DNA of 64,000 nucleotides from an uncultured Candidatus Saccharibacteria bacterium (GCA_964510945.1 CAZEED010000002.1:16924-80923); one strand, 5' to 3'; positions 26,796-36,145 are shown, counted from the stretch's first letter. Notes: generated by a model from the letters alone, not told the origin. A program made the numbers and translations.

Positions 26796-28031
26796 ATGTC
26801 AAACAATTCATCTACGAAGACAACTAACGAAGTACATTTATTCATAATATGGGAACATGCTCGAACAATTGAGCAAAAGATTATATCTGACATAAGTAAG
26901 AAATTCAGAATTTTAAAAATTTATGAAGTCCATTGGAGCAAGGATAAATTCTCAGAAAATTTATCCAGATTTTATGGTACTCAATTACCCCCAAATTCTA
27001 AAAAAGAAGTGCATGTTGGAACAAATCCTTTTCTTGCCATTATTGTTGAAGATAATAATCCAGTATACGAAGTACACACAACAACTAAAGGCGATAAAAA
27101 AGTTAATACAAAATTATTCACTTCGAAATCAGAACACCGAGAGTGGACCGGTGGCGGTCATAAAATTCATGCAAGCAACACAACCGAAGAAGCAGATCAC
27201 AACCTTACGCTATTGTTCGGTAAGAATTCTAAAGACTTCATAAAAAGCATTGGCAATAAATCCAGTCTACAAATTGAAGAATGGCATAATGATCTAGTTG
27301 GTTCCAATGGTTGGGATAGTTTAGAACAACTATTTTACGTTTTAAATAATACGATAAAGTATGTGGTATTGCGTAACTTTGATCCACTGCCTAATAATTA
27401 TTATTCCAAAAATCATGGGGATATTGATCTGCTGGTCTCAAACTACGATGACGCACGATTCATAACTAATGCTACGTCCGTCTTTAAGAAAAACTATAGG
27501 GTATACAGCATTGTAAAAATTGCCGAAAAGAAAATATTCTTTGATTTTAGACATTTAGATGATAATTATTACGATAAAGCCTGGGAAGAACATATACTAA
27601 ACTATCGTAAGTTTAAAAAATGTTTTTACATACCTTCAGAAGAAGATTATTTCTATAGTTTGTTGTACCATGCAATTATTCAAAAACCAGAGTTAAGTTC
27701 AGACTATAAAAAAAATCTAGTAGCACTTGCAAAAACAAATGGCATCAAACTAAGCCAATCTTCATTTAAAACGAACGAGGCAATCGACCTACTATCCAAT
27801 TTTCTAAGTACAAATAATTATAGTTTTACTCAGCCAAATGATAAATCTGTATATTTCCATTCTGATAATATACGCAGAGGTGTAAGTAAAGGAGTAAAAT
27901 TCAAACGAAAAAAAATAGTCCCCTTAAGAAATTATTTAAAGAAACATAAAGTTCCTGTGAAGCATTATTTTAACAAGTCCAAAAAGATAGTTCGTAGACA
28001 ATTGAAAAAATTGCAAAATGAAAAAAAATAG
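26796..28031 (+). CDS. hypothetical two-domain protein: NDK-like N-terminal region + nucleotidyltransferase-fold (GDIDLLV) region + Lys-rich tail
   Basis: N-terminus HLFIIWEH...ISKKFRILKIYE...GTNPFLAIIVED...GGGHKIHASNTTEEADHNLTLLFG parallels the NDK pattern (F.AIKPD...GPVVAMVWEG...N.IHGSDSVESAEKEI.LWF). The centre has NHGDIDLLVSNYDD, like minimal nucleotidyltransferases. Tail is KFKRKKIVPLRNYLKKHKVPVKHYFNKSKKIVRRQLKKLQNEKK. Confidence 0.6.
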   Translation: MSNNSSTKTTNEVHLFIIWEHARTIEQKIISDISKKFRILKIYEVHWSKDKFSENLSRFYGTQLPPNSKKEVHVGTNPFLAIIVEDNNPVYEVHTTTKGDKKVNTKLFTSKSEHREWTGGGHKIHASNTTEEADHNLTLLFGKNSKDFIKSIGNKSSLQIEEWHNDLVGSNGWDSLEQLFYVLNNTIKYVVLRNFDPLPNNYYSKNHGDIDLLVSNYDDARFITNATSVFKKNYRVYSIVKIAEKKIFFDFRHLDDNYYDKAWEEHILNYRKFKKCFYIPSEEDYFYSLLYHAIIQKPELSSDYKKNLVALAKTNGIKLSQSSFKTNEAIDLLSNFLSTNNYSFTQPNDKSVYFHSDNIRRGVSKGVKFKRKKIVPLRNYLKKHKVPVKHYFNKSKKIVRRQLKKLQNEKK

Positions 28032-29112
28032 CGTAAAAATACTCTTTGCTTCGAGAGCCAAAGAATCGACCCCACGAGAAGGTGGTTTTGTAGTGCTTAC
28101 AGATATCGCTAGAAAACTATCAAATTCAAAAACGGGTTTTTCCCCATTTATGTTCTCTACGAACCACAAAACTTCAGACAATATAGGAACAGAATGTATC
28201 TATTCCGATATCGGCTGGAATAGAAAATTGAGACTGGAATTCTTTTTAGGATTGTATCGAAAGGCACATTTTTACGACATTGTGCATACTGCACACATAC
28301 CTACAAAACTAAATACACACCTAATAAAATTCGCAATAAAAAAAGCCAGAAAATCAGGAACATTATTCGTGCAAACCATAACTGGCTTACCTGCAACTAA
28401 TATTAATCAAGAAGAACTAAAAAAACTTATTTGGGGCGATCATATTGTTTGCCAGTCAGAAGGTACGTATAAGAAAGTTCGCAAATTAATCAGCTCATCT
28501 CAATCGTGCTCATTAATAACTCCCTGGAGGCCGGACGAGATAATACAATTCGATAAACGCAGGAGAATAGCGACAAGGAAAAAGTTGTTTACGGGATATA
28601 AACATATAGTAATTTTCCCGGGTGAATTCGATAGACTTGGTGTTGATGTTAAATTTAGAGAATGTATTAAATCATTTTTTGAAAATACCAAAGACAGTTT
28701 GGTAGTTTTTGCGTGTAGATTTGATAAAAAAGGAACGGGTCAAATAATAGCTAGCGAATTCCCACACCAAGTTAAATCTTTGGGTTCTACAGACAATATT
28801 ATTCCTCTTCTAGAAGCATCTGATCTTGTTATTTACCCAGTAAGAACTATGGATCACAAATTCCAACCTCCCCTAGTCATCCTTGAGGCACTACAGCTGA
28901 AATCAAAAGTTCTCATCAGCGATGCAATTGAAATTAAACAAGATATATCTTCCCTGATTGAATACGAAAAAGTGGATGATTGGGCAGTTTATGGAAAAAC
29001 AATGGCAAAGATATTAGCCTCAAAGAAAAATACTATACTTCATGTTAATCATTATTCTTTTAATAACATGTACGAGCAATATTTTGAAATTTATAATAGT
29101 TTAATTAAATAA
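28018..29112 (+). CDS. GT-B fold glycosyltransferase (GT4-like)
   Basis: ILFASRAKESTPREGGF N-terminus; C-terminal LVIYPVRTMDHKFQPPLVILEALQLKSKVLISD resembles the GT4 E-x7-E region. Confidence 0.55.
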   Translation: MKKNSVKILFASRAKESTPREGGFVVLTDIARKLSNSKTGFSPFMFSTNHKTSDNIGTECIYSDIGWNRKLRLEFFLGLYRKAHFYDIVHTAHIPTKLNTHLIKFAIKKARKSGTLFVQTITGLPATNINQEELKKLIWGDHIVCQSEGTYKKVRKLISSSQSCSLITPWRPDEIIQFDKRRRIATRKKLFTGYKHIVIFPGEFDRLGVDVKFRECIKSFFENTKDSLVVFACRFDKKGTGQIIASEFPHQVKSLGSTDNIIPLLEASDLVIYPVRTMDHKFQPPLVILEALQLKSKVLISDAIEIKQDISSLIEYEKVDDWAVYGKTMAKILASKKNTILHVNHYSFNNMYEQYFEIYNSLIK

Positions 29113-30195
29113 TCAGTTAGTAACTTTTTCAATTATAGATTTCAGTTTATTTGTCTGTGCGATAATTGAAAAATTATGATCATATAATTTACGGCCGTTT
29201 AATCCAATAATTCTTAATTTATCTGTATTCTTATAAGCCCATTCTATCGTACGAGCAATTTCCAAAGCCGAGCCTTGTTTAACTACCAAACAGTTTCTTT
29301 TATCCAAAAAGCCGGTCTGCTCATCAATCTTCCCGACAACAGTCGGTGCCGCCATAGCTAAAAATTGATATGTCTTTCCAGTTATTACATTTTTTGCCTG
29401 AGGAGAGTTGCCAAAAGGACCGCCCAAGCACAAATTAGCTCGACCAACGTATTTTGGAATTTCTTCAAAATTAATCCATGAAATATGCTGCACATTATTC
29501 AATCTCATTTTTTTTATTTTTTTAAGAAAATCCTCGAGTTGTTTTTTTCTATTTGCACCGCCAACAATTACAAATTTTATGTCTGTTTTCGTCTTCAATA
29601 ATTCCGCTGCTCCGAGTATATAATCCAGCCCGTGTAACTGAAGAAAATTTCCATAAAAAAATACTATAAAATCTTTTGATTTATCAGTTTTATCATTCAA
29701 TGGTTTAAATAGTTGCTCGTTAGTACCAACATATATCGTATCCATCTTTTCTTTTTTTATATTGAATTCTTGGGAGGTGTAATTTAGGTGCCTGTCCGTA
29801 TCGCTCAAAATAAAGTCAGAAAGATCTAATACACCTTTAGTGTATAAGCGGAGCAATTTTGCTCTTATACTTTTAGGTGGAAACTTGTTATGCTCCTCGA
29901 CAAACCATAAGTAAGGATTAATAAACTCATCATAAACTAACGGTTTCCCTAATGTAATTAAACGAACAATCCAAAATATCTCTATTCCACGAAATCCCAA
30001 AATATATACATCGGGATGTTTAAAAGTTCTTAAGTAAACTAATTTAGCTATCGTTTGTATATATCTTAAGAATCCTGTTTTGCTATTAACGGCACGATAC
30101 ACTGTATATTCCGGAACACTTTCTAGGCACTGGACGATAAAGTCAGATCTAACATAATTTGGGAATTTGTAGGATAGAACATGTGCAACCTTCAT
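29113..30195 (-). CDS. GT-B fold glycosyltransferase
   Basis: FIVFFYGNFLQLHGLDYILGAAELLKTKTDIKFVIVGG and LCLGGPFGNSPQAKNVITGKTYQFLAMAAPTVVG are typical of the GT1/GT4 C-terminal domain. Confidence 0.6.
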   Translation of the reverse strand: MKVAHVLSYKFPNYVRSDFIVQCLESVPEYTVYRAVNSKTGFLRYIQTIAKLVYLRTFKHPDVYILGFRGIEIFWIVRLITLGKPLVYDEFINPYLWFVEEHNKFPPKSIRAKLLRLYTKGVLDLSDFILSDTDRHLNYTSQEFNIKKEKMDTIYVGTNEQLFKPLNDKTDKSKDFIVFFYGNFLQLHGLDYILGAAELLKTKTDIKFVIVGGANRKKQLEDFLKKIKKMRLNNVQHISWINFEEIPKYVGRANLCLGGPFGNSPQAKNVITGKTYQFLAMAAPTVVGKIDEQTGFLDKRNCLVVKQGSALEIARTIEWAYKNTDKLRIIGLNGRKLYDHNFSIIAQTNKLKSIIEKVTN

Positions 30196-30199
30196 TTTC

Positions 30200-32368
30200 T
30201 TACTCCATATCTTTATTGAGATCTATGGTATTTCCATTTTCATCTAATCTAGATACTATTATTGTCTGGTCAACGGTTACTAAACCCCTAGGTGGAGTAA
30301 ATAGTGTCGTCGGTAATTTATTGTAGACAATAGTACTGAGATGCTCCGCATTTTTTAATTCTGTTGGTACTAGGGCTTCTTCTTTTGCGAAAACAACCAC
30401 ATACGGCTTTAGCCCTTTGCTGATGGCGGTGTTTGAGGCTTGTGCAAGATTTTTATTAGTTATGTCTTTTTTCATACCATAAGTTGGTACTTCACAGAAA
30501 GTATTTACTGTCTGGACTCCAACTAATCTTAAAGTACCACCTAGAATAACGACTGAATCATTTGGAAGATTATCGCACAGTTCTTTTATTTGAGCCAACT
30601 GAGGACTGAAAGTTCTAATCTTCAAATATGGCATACTTATAAATAACGGTGTCCCAATTGACAGAATTACAAGAACCGTCACCATGCCGCGCCGTACTTT
30701 AGGATTATAAAAATTTAAATCCCATAGCTTTTCGTATATAAAAATACTAAAAATAATTAATCCGGGCATCACCACCGGCAGAAACCTTCTTGAAGCCCAT
30801 ATTTGATCAGGATTAATAGATGGCCGATAAAGATAAACCACAGCAGTAGTAGCAACAACAAGCAACGTAGGCAAGTACTTAATGTATTTTCTGTCTTTTA
30901 ATATTTTACTAGCTATTACTGACATTCCAATAACACCAAACCCAGCCATAGCTGGTCCAATATACCAAATTACCCAGTTGAAACTTTGTTCGTAATAGTT
31001 CCTCTTTCCATTTATCTCTTGGCCTGCATTTTTCTGAAATTGCATTATTACTTCGCTAGGTTTTGATAGCCCCGTGCGTTGAACTTGTAGCCATAAAGGT
31101 CGAGATGCAAAAAAAAGACCGATAAAAATCACAAAAAATATTATTGCTTTCGAGCGCCATTTTCTTGAATGCACATCAATAAATTTAATAATTTTAGTAT
31201 TCCACGTTATCGCAACTCCAAGAGCACCTAAAACAATTAAAAGAAAAATTATAAATATCTCATGCTGAACCTTGTGGTTAAGACCTACATAGTACCCACT
31301 AGATAATCTTGTAAGATCAAAATACCCCAACAATCCAACAGACAATGCTCCAATTCCGTAGGTTAATACGCACTTGGTCTTATTTAATCTATCTTTGGCA
31401 TCTACCGTCCCTAAACGGATTATAAAATATAGTACTATGGCTGCAATTGTAAGATAGCCATCCACCCTACTTAACACTATCCCGCCAGCTGTAATTCCAG
31501 AAATTAACCAAATTTTAAGATCTTTTGACCTTTCTGCCGCCCACAATAAAGCTAAAGCGCCAAAGGTTATTGCTGCAGCTAAAGGTTCAGAGTAAGTATC
31601 TCTTGAAAAATAAATAAGTGGCAAGGTTGCGCCGAAAATAATAATTGATACGAATGCCCATCTTGGTTTTACAAATAAGCGAGCAACAGCATAAACTGAC
31701 AATAAAGCTATCCCGCCAAAAACGGCATTTAGCCTATACATCCAATTATCCCCAATAAATCTCCCAGTCACTCCTAATAATGACGGAAACAAATGTTGTC
31801 CCTGCGCGTATAAAGTATCTTTTTCTACTAGACTCCCGCCAAAACCTGCACTTGAAGTTTTAAGATTTATTTTAGAATCTTCAATTTGATCACCATATAC
31901 ATCTGATCTAGGAATATTCAAAGTATCGTTTCGCTGAACCCAGGCTGCAGTAATCCCATATACACCAGGATCTCTATAAGAATAAATGTTCTGTGATGAA
32001 TAATACATATTAATTAAAGCCCAGACTAAAATTCCAACAACGGCTAATAGGTCAAAGAGATTTTGTTCTAAACGGCTACCTGGGCGATCAATGTTATAGC
32101 TCTTATATATAATAATTGATGCGATAAACGATAGTACTATTCCTATAGCCCAAAATAAAATACTGTACAATCGTCCTGCTAATAATAGAGAAATACTACT
32201 TATTCCAAAACAAACTATTATTACCGGCAACATAACAGGTATCAACTCGATAATTCTTGCAAATCGGAGAAAATTTTTACGTTTATTTAACTTGCTAAAA
32301 AAACCGTATATTCGTAATTTGAGGTGGTCTATTCCGCTCTTCATAGATTTAATGCAATTATATATCAT
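30200..32368 (-). CDS. large GT-C-like polytopic membrane glycosyltransferase (ArnT/PMT-like)
   Basis: 722 aa, more than 12 TM helices followed by a soluble C-terminal domain of about 150 aa. This architecture is typical of polyprenyl-phosphate-sugar-dependent GT-C enzymes. Confidence 0.55.
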   Translation of the reverse strand: MIYNCIKSMKSGIDHLKLRIYGFFSKLNKRKNFLRFARIIELIPVMLPVIIVCFGISSISLLLAGRLYSILFWAIGIVLSFIASIIIYKSYNIDRPGSRLEQNLFDLLAVVGILVWALINMYYSSQNIYSYRDPGVYGITAAWVQRNDTLNIPRSDVYGDQIEDSKINLKTSSAGFGGSLVEKDTLYAQGQHLFPSLLGVTGRFIGDNWMYRLNAVFGGIALLSVYAVARLFVKPRWAFVSIIIFGATLPLIYFSRDTYSEPLAAAITFGALALLWAAERSKDLKIWLISGITAGGIVLSRVDGYLTIAAIVLYFIIRLGTVDAKDRLNKTKCVLTYGIGALSVGLLGYFDLTRLSSGYYVGLNHKVQHEIFIIFLLIVLGALGVAITWNTKIIKFIDVHSRKWRSKAIIFFVIFIGLFFASRPLWLQVQRTGLSKPSEVIMQFQKNAGQEINGKRNYYEQSFNWVIWYIGPAMAGFGVIGMSVIASKILKDRKYIKYLPTLLVVATTAVVYLYRPSINPDQIWASRRFLPVVMPGLIIFSIFIYEKLWDLNFYNPKVRRGMVTVLVILSIGTPLFISMPYLKIRTFSPQLAQIKELCDNLPNDSVVILGGTLRLVGVQTVNTFCEVPTYGMKKDITNKNLAQASNTAISKGLKPYVVVFAKEEALVPTELKNAEHLSTIVYNKLPTTLFTPPRGLVTVDQTIIVSRLDENGNTIDLNKDME

Positions 32369-32394
32369 GATTCTTATTTAGCTTAATATCAATC

Positions 32395-32423
32395 TTGACA
32401 ACAGAGGTAATGCTTGCTATAAT
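32395..32423 (+). promoter_or_regulatory. sigma70-type promoter, perfect consensus TTGACA-17nt-TATAAT, leaderless-type
   Basis: TTGACA 32395-32400, 17-nt spacer, TATAAT 32418-32423, then 8 nt (ttacatag, no SD) to ATG 32432. Confidence 0.6.
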
Positions 32424-32431
32424 TTACATAG

Positions 32432-32953
32432 ATGTTAAAAAATAAAAAATTGTTACTCATATTATCAGTTATTTTCTTACTAGCCGTAAGTTGCTGGTGG
32501 TTTTTTATACGTGTTGATTCTACTCCACTTCCTGTTGAAGAGCCTGAAAAAGTCAATTACAACCCTCCAACAGAAACCGAAAAAACAGAGTCTAACGCTA
32601 AAAAAGAAGAAATAGTAAATCAACAAGATCAAACTGCCAATGACTCAGAAGTCACCAATGGCCCAAAAAAGACCAACGTAACAATCACCTATTGGGGGCC
32701 TAATGGAGCAAACTTCGAAGTAGGAGCCTATGCTAACCACATAGAGCGATCAGGTACTTGTACTCTAACCCTAAAAAAAGGTTCAATCGTCCTAACAGCC
32801 TCTCGAACAGCCATAGATAATGTATCGACAATGAGCTGCGGGGCCCTATCGATCAAAAATTCAAAAGTTACACCAGGGACGTGGACCGCGACAGTAAAGT
32901 ACGCTTCCGATAAATACCAAGGTTCAACCACTAAACAGCTTGAGGTACAATAA
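32432..32953 (+). CDS. membrane-anchored/secreted small hypothetical protein
   Basis: N-terminal TM/signal (LLLILSVIFLLAVSCWWFFI), a low-complexity linker, then a beta-rich domain of about 90 aa with 2 Cys. It lies 5 nt upstream of the lectin gene. Confidence 0.6.
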   Translation: MLKNKKLLLILSVIFLLAVSCWWFFIRVDSTPLPVEEPEKVNYNPPTETEKTESNAKKEEIVNQQDQTANDSEVTNGPKKTNVTITYWGPNGANFEVGAYANHIERSGTCTLTLKKGSIVLTASRTAIDNVSTMSCGALSIKNSKVTPGTWTATVKYASDKYQGSTTKQLEVQ

Positions 32954-32958
32954 AGCTT

Positions 32959-34935
32959 ATGCGTAAATATACCTTTGGGTTAAGTGCGACTAGCTTACTG
33001 TTATTGACAGCTTTTGTCACATTTTTTTCGAGTTCAAATCAAGCTTTGGCTCTATCTGGTAGTCAATTTAAACCAGGTAATATTATAAATAACTCTATCT
33101 TCTATAGACGCTCCAGCATGTCGTCTGCATCTATCCAAAAATTCCTAAACAGCAAGGTGCCATCATGTGATACAAACGGATCAAAAATGTACAATTCAAC
33201 GAAAACACGTGCACAATACGGAAAATCTAAGGGTAACCCTGCACCATATACTTGTCTAAAGAATAAGGTACTTAACCGTCCAGCCAGATCAGCCAGCGAA
33301 GGCTTATGCTCTAGCATCAGCTCGAAATCTAATCAAACTGCTGCCCAAATTATCTATACAATTTCTAACGCATGTAATGTCGACAGCAAGGTATTACTTG
33401 TAATGCTACAAAAAGAACAAAGTCTAATAACTGATGATTGGCCATGGTCTATTCAATACCGCAGTGCCATGGGTTATGGTTGTCCGGATACGGCAGCGTG
33501 TGATTCACACTACTACGGCTTCTTTAACCAAGTATATAATGCCGCAAAACAACTCAGACGCTATTCCCGTGATCCAGCGGACTTTAATTATCGAGCAGGT
33601 CGAACAAACTATATTCAATATAACCCCAATGCGTCATGTGGGGGCAAGAATGTATATATCGATAATTCTGCAACAGCAGCATTATATAATTACACCCCTT
33701 ACGTACCCAATACAGCCGCCTTAAATAATTTGTATGGATCGGGCAATTCTTGTAGTGCGTACGGAAACCGAAATTTTTGGAGAATGTACAACGATTGGTT
33801 CGGCTCAACTCAAAAGACCACTTCATATAATGCTTCCCTATTCTCCCAAGAAGAGTTCACGAATAGCGGAAGAACACAAAAATTTACTTCAACAGCAACA
33901 GTATCCCCAGGGGGCAAAATATATTTAACCTTAAAATTCACAAACACTGGAGATACCCCCTGGGATCAGTCATGGATGAGGCTGGGTACAACTCATCCAA
34001 TTGACAGAACTAGCTTATTTTATGATAGCTCTTGGACTTCGCCAAACAGACCTGCAAGTTTACTTGAATCTACAGTAGTACCTGGCGACGTAGGTACTTT
34101 TAACTTTACGTTAACAGCGCCCGAAAATCCGGGAACCTATAATGAGCACTTTAATCCTGTAGCAGAGAATCGAAGATGGTTTAGCAATCTTGGTGTATAC
34201 GTCCACATAAATGTTGTCGAACCAATAGAGGGCTCAACAGATATAAAACTAAATGCTGGAGAGTCACTACTACCTAACAATTTTATAATATCACCAGATA
34301 AACAAAGTACCTTAACCCTCCAGAAAGATGGTAAATTAGTACTTTATAGAAATTTCAAAGCCGTTTGGTCTACACGGACAACTGGTAAAAAAGCCAAATT
34401 TCTTGCTATGCAAAACGACGGTAATCTAGTACTGTACGATAATAATTACGGGGTATTGTGGCATAGCCGTACAAGCGGTCATAATAACTCAAAATTATCC
34501 CTACAAAGTGACGGAAACTTAGTAATATACTCCGCAGGCAATTCACCGCTATGGGACACAAATACTGATCATAGGCCTAATCTGCTTAGTTATGTAAATA
34601 CAACGCTTCCGGTTGCAAAAATGCTTCCAGGGCAACAGCTACAAACTGCCGATAGACGCTTCAGATTAGCATTCCAAACTGACGGGAATGTAGTCCTTTA
34701 TTCTCCTAACCGTGCTACCTGGTCGTCGCGTACACATAACAAAAAATCTGCATATTTGATCCTCCAAAAAGATGGTAATTTAGTGTTATACGATAAAAAT
34801 TACAAAGTTTTATGGAAAACAAACACGGCAAACAAGGGCGGTAAAAATTTAATCCTCCAACAAGACGGCAACTTAGTGCTATACAAACTAAATGGTAGAG
34901 CAGTTTGGAGCACTAAAACAAACGGCAAAGAATAA
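32959..34935 (+). CDS. secreted multidomain protein: Cys-rich conserved N-domain + NBR1-like Ig domain + two bulb-type (B-lectin/MMBL) lectin domains
   Basis: Signal peptide ...SSSNQALA. N-domain motifs LLVMLQKEQSLITDDWPW, YGCPDTAACDSHYYGFFNQVYNAAKQL, GNRNFWRMYNDWFG. NBR1-like FTNTGDTPWDQSWMRLGT...PGDVGTFNFTLTAPENPGTY. Six QxDxNxVxY-type repeats. Confidence 0.8.
   Translation: MRKYTFGLSATSLLLLTAFVTFFSSSNQALALSGSQFKPGNIINNSIFYRRSSMSSASIQKFLNSKVPSCDTNGSKMYNSTKTRAQYGKSKGNPAPYTCLKNKVLNRPARSASEGLCSSISSKSNQTAAQIIYTISNACNVDSKVLLVMLQKEQSLITDDWPWSIQYRSAMGYGCPDTAACDSHYYGFFNQVYNAAKQLRRYSRDPADFNYRAGRTNYIQYNPNASCGGKNVYIDNSATAALYNYTPYVPNTAALNNLYGSGNSCSAYGNRNFWRMYNDWFGSTQKTTSYNASLFSQEEFTNSGRTQKFTSTATVSPGGKIYLTLKFTNTGDTPWDQSWMRLGTTHPIDRTSLFYDSSWTSPNRPASLLESTVVPGDVGTFNFTLTAPENPGTYNEHFNPVAENRRWFSNLGVYVHINVVEPIEGSTDIKLNAGESLLPNNFIISPDKQSTLTLQKDGKLVLYRNFKAVWSTRTTGKKAKFLAMQNDGNLVLYDNNYGVLWHSRTSGHNNSKLSLQSDGNLVIYSAGNSPLWDTNTDHRPNLLSYVNTTLPVAKMLPGQQLQTADRRFRLAFQTDGNVVLYSPNRATWSSRTHNKKSAYLILQKDGNLVLYDKNYKVLWKTNTANKGGKNLILQQDGNLVLYKLNGRAVWSTKTNGKE
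34249..34932 (+). repeat. six protein-level bulb-lectin subdomain repeats (2 x 3)
   Basis: LQKDGKLVLY, MQNDGNLVLY, LQSDGNLVIY, FQTDGNVVLY, LQKDGNLVLY, LQQDGNLVLY, each followed by (V/L)W(S/H/D/K)(T/S)(R/N/K)T. Five of six keep the full QxDxNxVxY mannose-binding signature. Confidence 0.8.
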
Positions 34936-34975
34936 AGTCTACTAGCGCTTATTCTCTGTTAGAATATTAGTACAG

Positions 34976-36145
34976 ATGAAACATAAGACTGTTTTTATAG
35001 AAGGACTTGCTCTAGTAGACGGACACTTCAGCGGCATTGGACAATACGTTCTCGGGATGCTTCGAGGTCTTGACGAAATCATTGATAAAGAAAAACTAGT
35101 AGGTAACCAGACACCAAATATTAAAGTTATTATCCCATTTGATGAACATGAAAAATTTAAAAAGTTTCACTTTAAACATATTGAGGCTAAATTGTTCCCT
35201 ATGCCCTTCCGCTACATGGCTGCCCTTTGGCACCGCGGGAAAATGCCTCCATTAGATATTTTTTGTGGACGCGGATATTATATTTTTACAAGATTCGTAT
35301 CAATGCCTCTCGCGTTTAGCAAATACAGCATAATTATTTATGACCTGTCCTTTGAACTTCATAAAGAATACTCTGATGATGGTAACGCCCGATTTTTATC
35401 ACTCGGTACAGCAAAATCAATCCTCAAAGCAGACAAAGTTTTCACCATTTCAAAAAATTCAAAAAAAGAGATAGAAGAAATCTACAATATTCCCAACAAG
35501 AACATTCTCGTTGCCTATCCCGCTGCAGACCAACGTTATTTCTATCGAAGATCTGAAAATGAAATTGATAAAGTAAAGGATAAGTATGGTATTGAAGGTA
35601 ATTACATACTGGCATTGTCTAATCTTGAGCCAAGAAAGAATCTTGATACCCTAGTCGATGCATACTGTGCGTTACCAAGCAAATATCGCCAGTCAACTGC
35701 ATTATTGCTAGTTGGTGTTAGTGGATGGAAAACGGATGCACTATTCAAAAAGATTGTAACAAAAGTACAGGAAGGGTATAACATTATTCGACCATCAAAT
35801 TATGTTTCAGACACAGATAAGCCCGCGATTATTTCTGGAGCCAAGATGCTAGTTTATCCAAGCCATTATGAGGGTTTTGGTATGCCTCCTGTTGAGGCGC
35901 TTGCATGCGGAGTACCAGTAATATCTTCCAATAACTCTTCTTTACCTGAAGCTGTTGGCAATGCCGGTGTGATGCTTGATAGAAAAGATACTGTCGGATT
36001 TACGAAAAAGATGCAGGAATTACTTGATAATATCGACAATGTGACAGAAACAACTATTACAAAAGGACCTGAGCAAGCTAGTAACTTTTCTTGGCAAAAT
36101 ACGGGTCAAGTATATTGGAACTTTATCACGGGTAAAATATCATGA
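34976..36145 (+). CDS. glycosyltransferase family 4
   Basis: LVYPSHYEGFGMPPVEALACGVPVISSNNSSLPEAVG (E-x7-E). Confidence 0.85.
   Translation: MKHKTVFIEGLALVDGHFSGIGQYVLGMLRGLDEIIDKEKLVGNQTPNIKVIIPFDEHEKFKKFHFKHIEAKLFPMPFRYMAALWHRGKMPPLDIFCGRGYYIFTRFVSMPLAFSKYSIIIYDLSFELHKEYSDDGNARFLSLGTAKSILKADKVFTISKNSKKEIEEIYNIPNKNILVAYPAADQRYFYRRSENEIDKVKDKYGIEGNYILALSNLEPRKNLDTLVDAYCALPSKYRQSTALLLVGVSGWKTDALFKKIVTKVQEGYNIIRPSNYVSDTDKPAIISGAKMLVYPSHYEGFGMPPVEALACGVPVISSNNSSLPEAVGNAGVMLDRKDTVGFTKKMQELLDNIDNVTETTITKGPEQASNFSWQNTGQVYWNFITGKIS

Noticed and set aside
34249-34932. Lectin repeat region as a DNA-level tandem repeat or contingency locus
   Set aside because: The repeats are conserved at protein level (QxDGNLVLY), but the codons and the spacers differ between units. 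There is no perfect nucleotide tandem repeat that would promote slippage.
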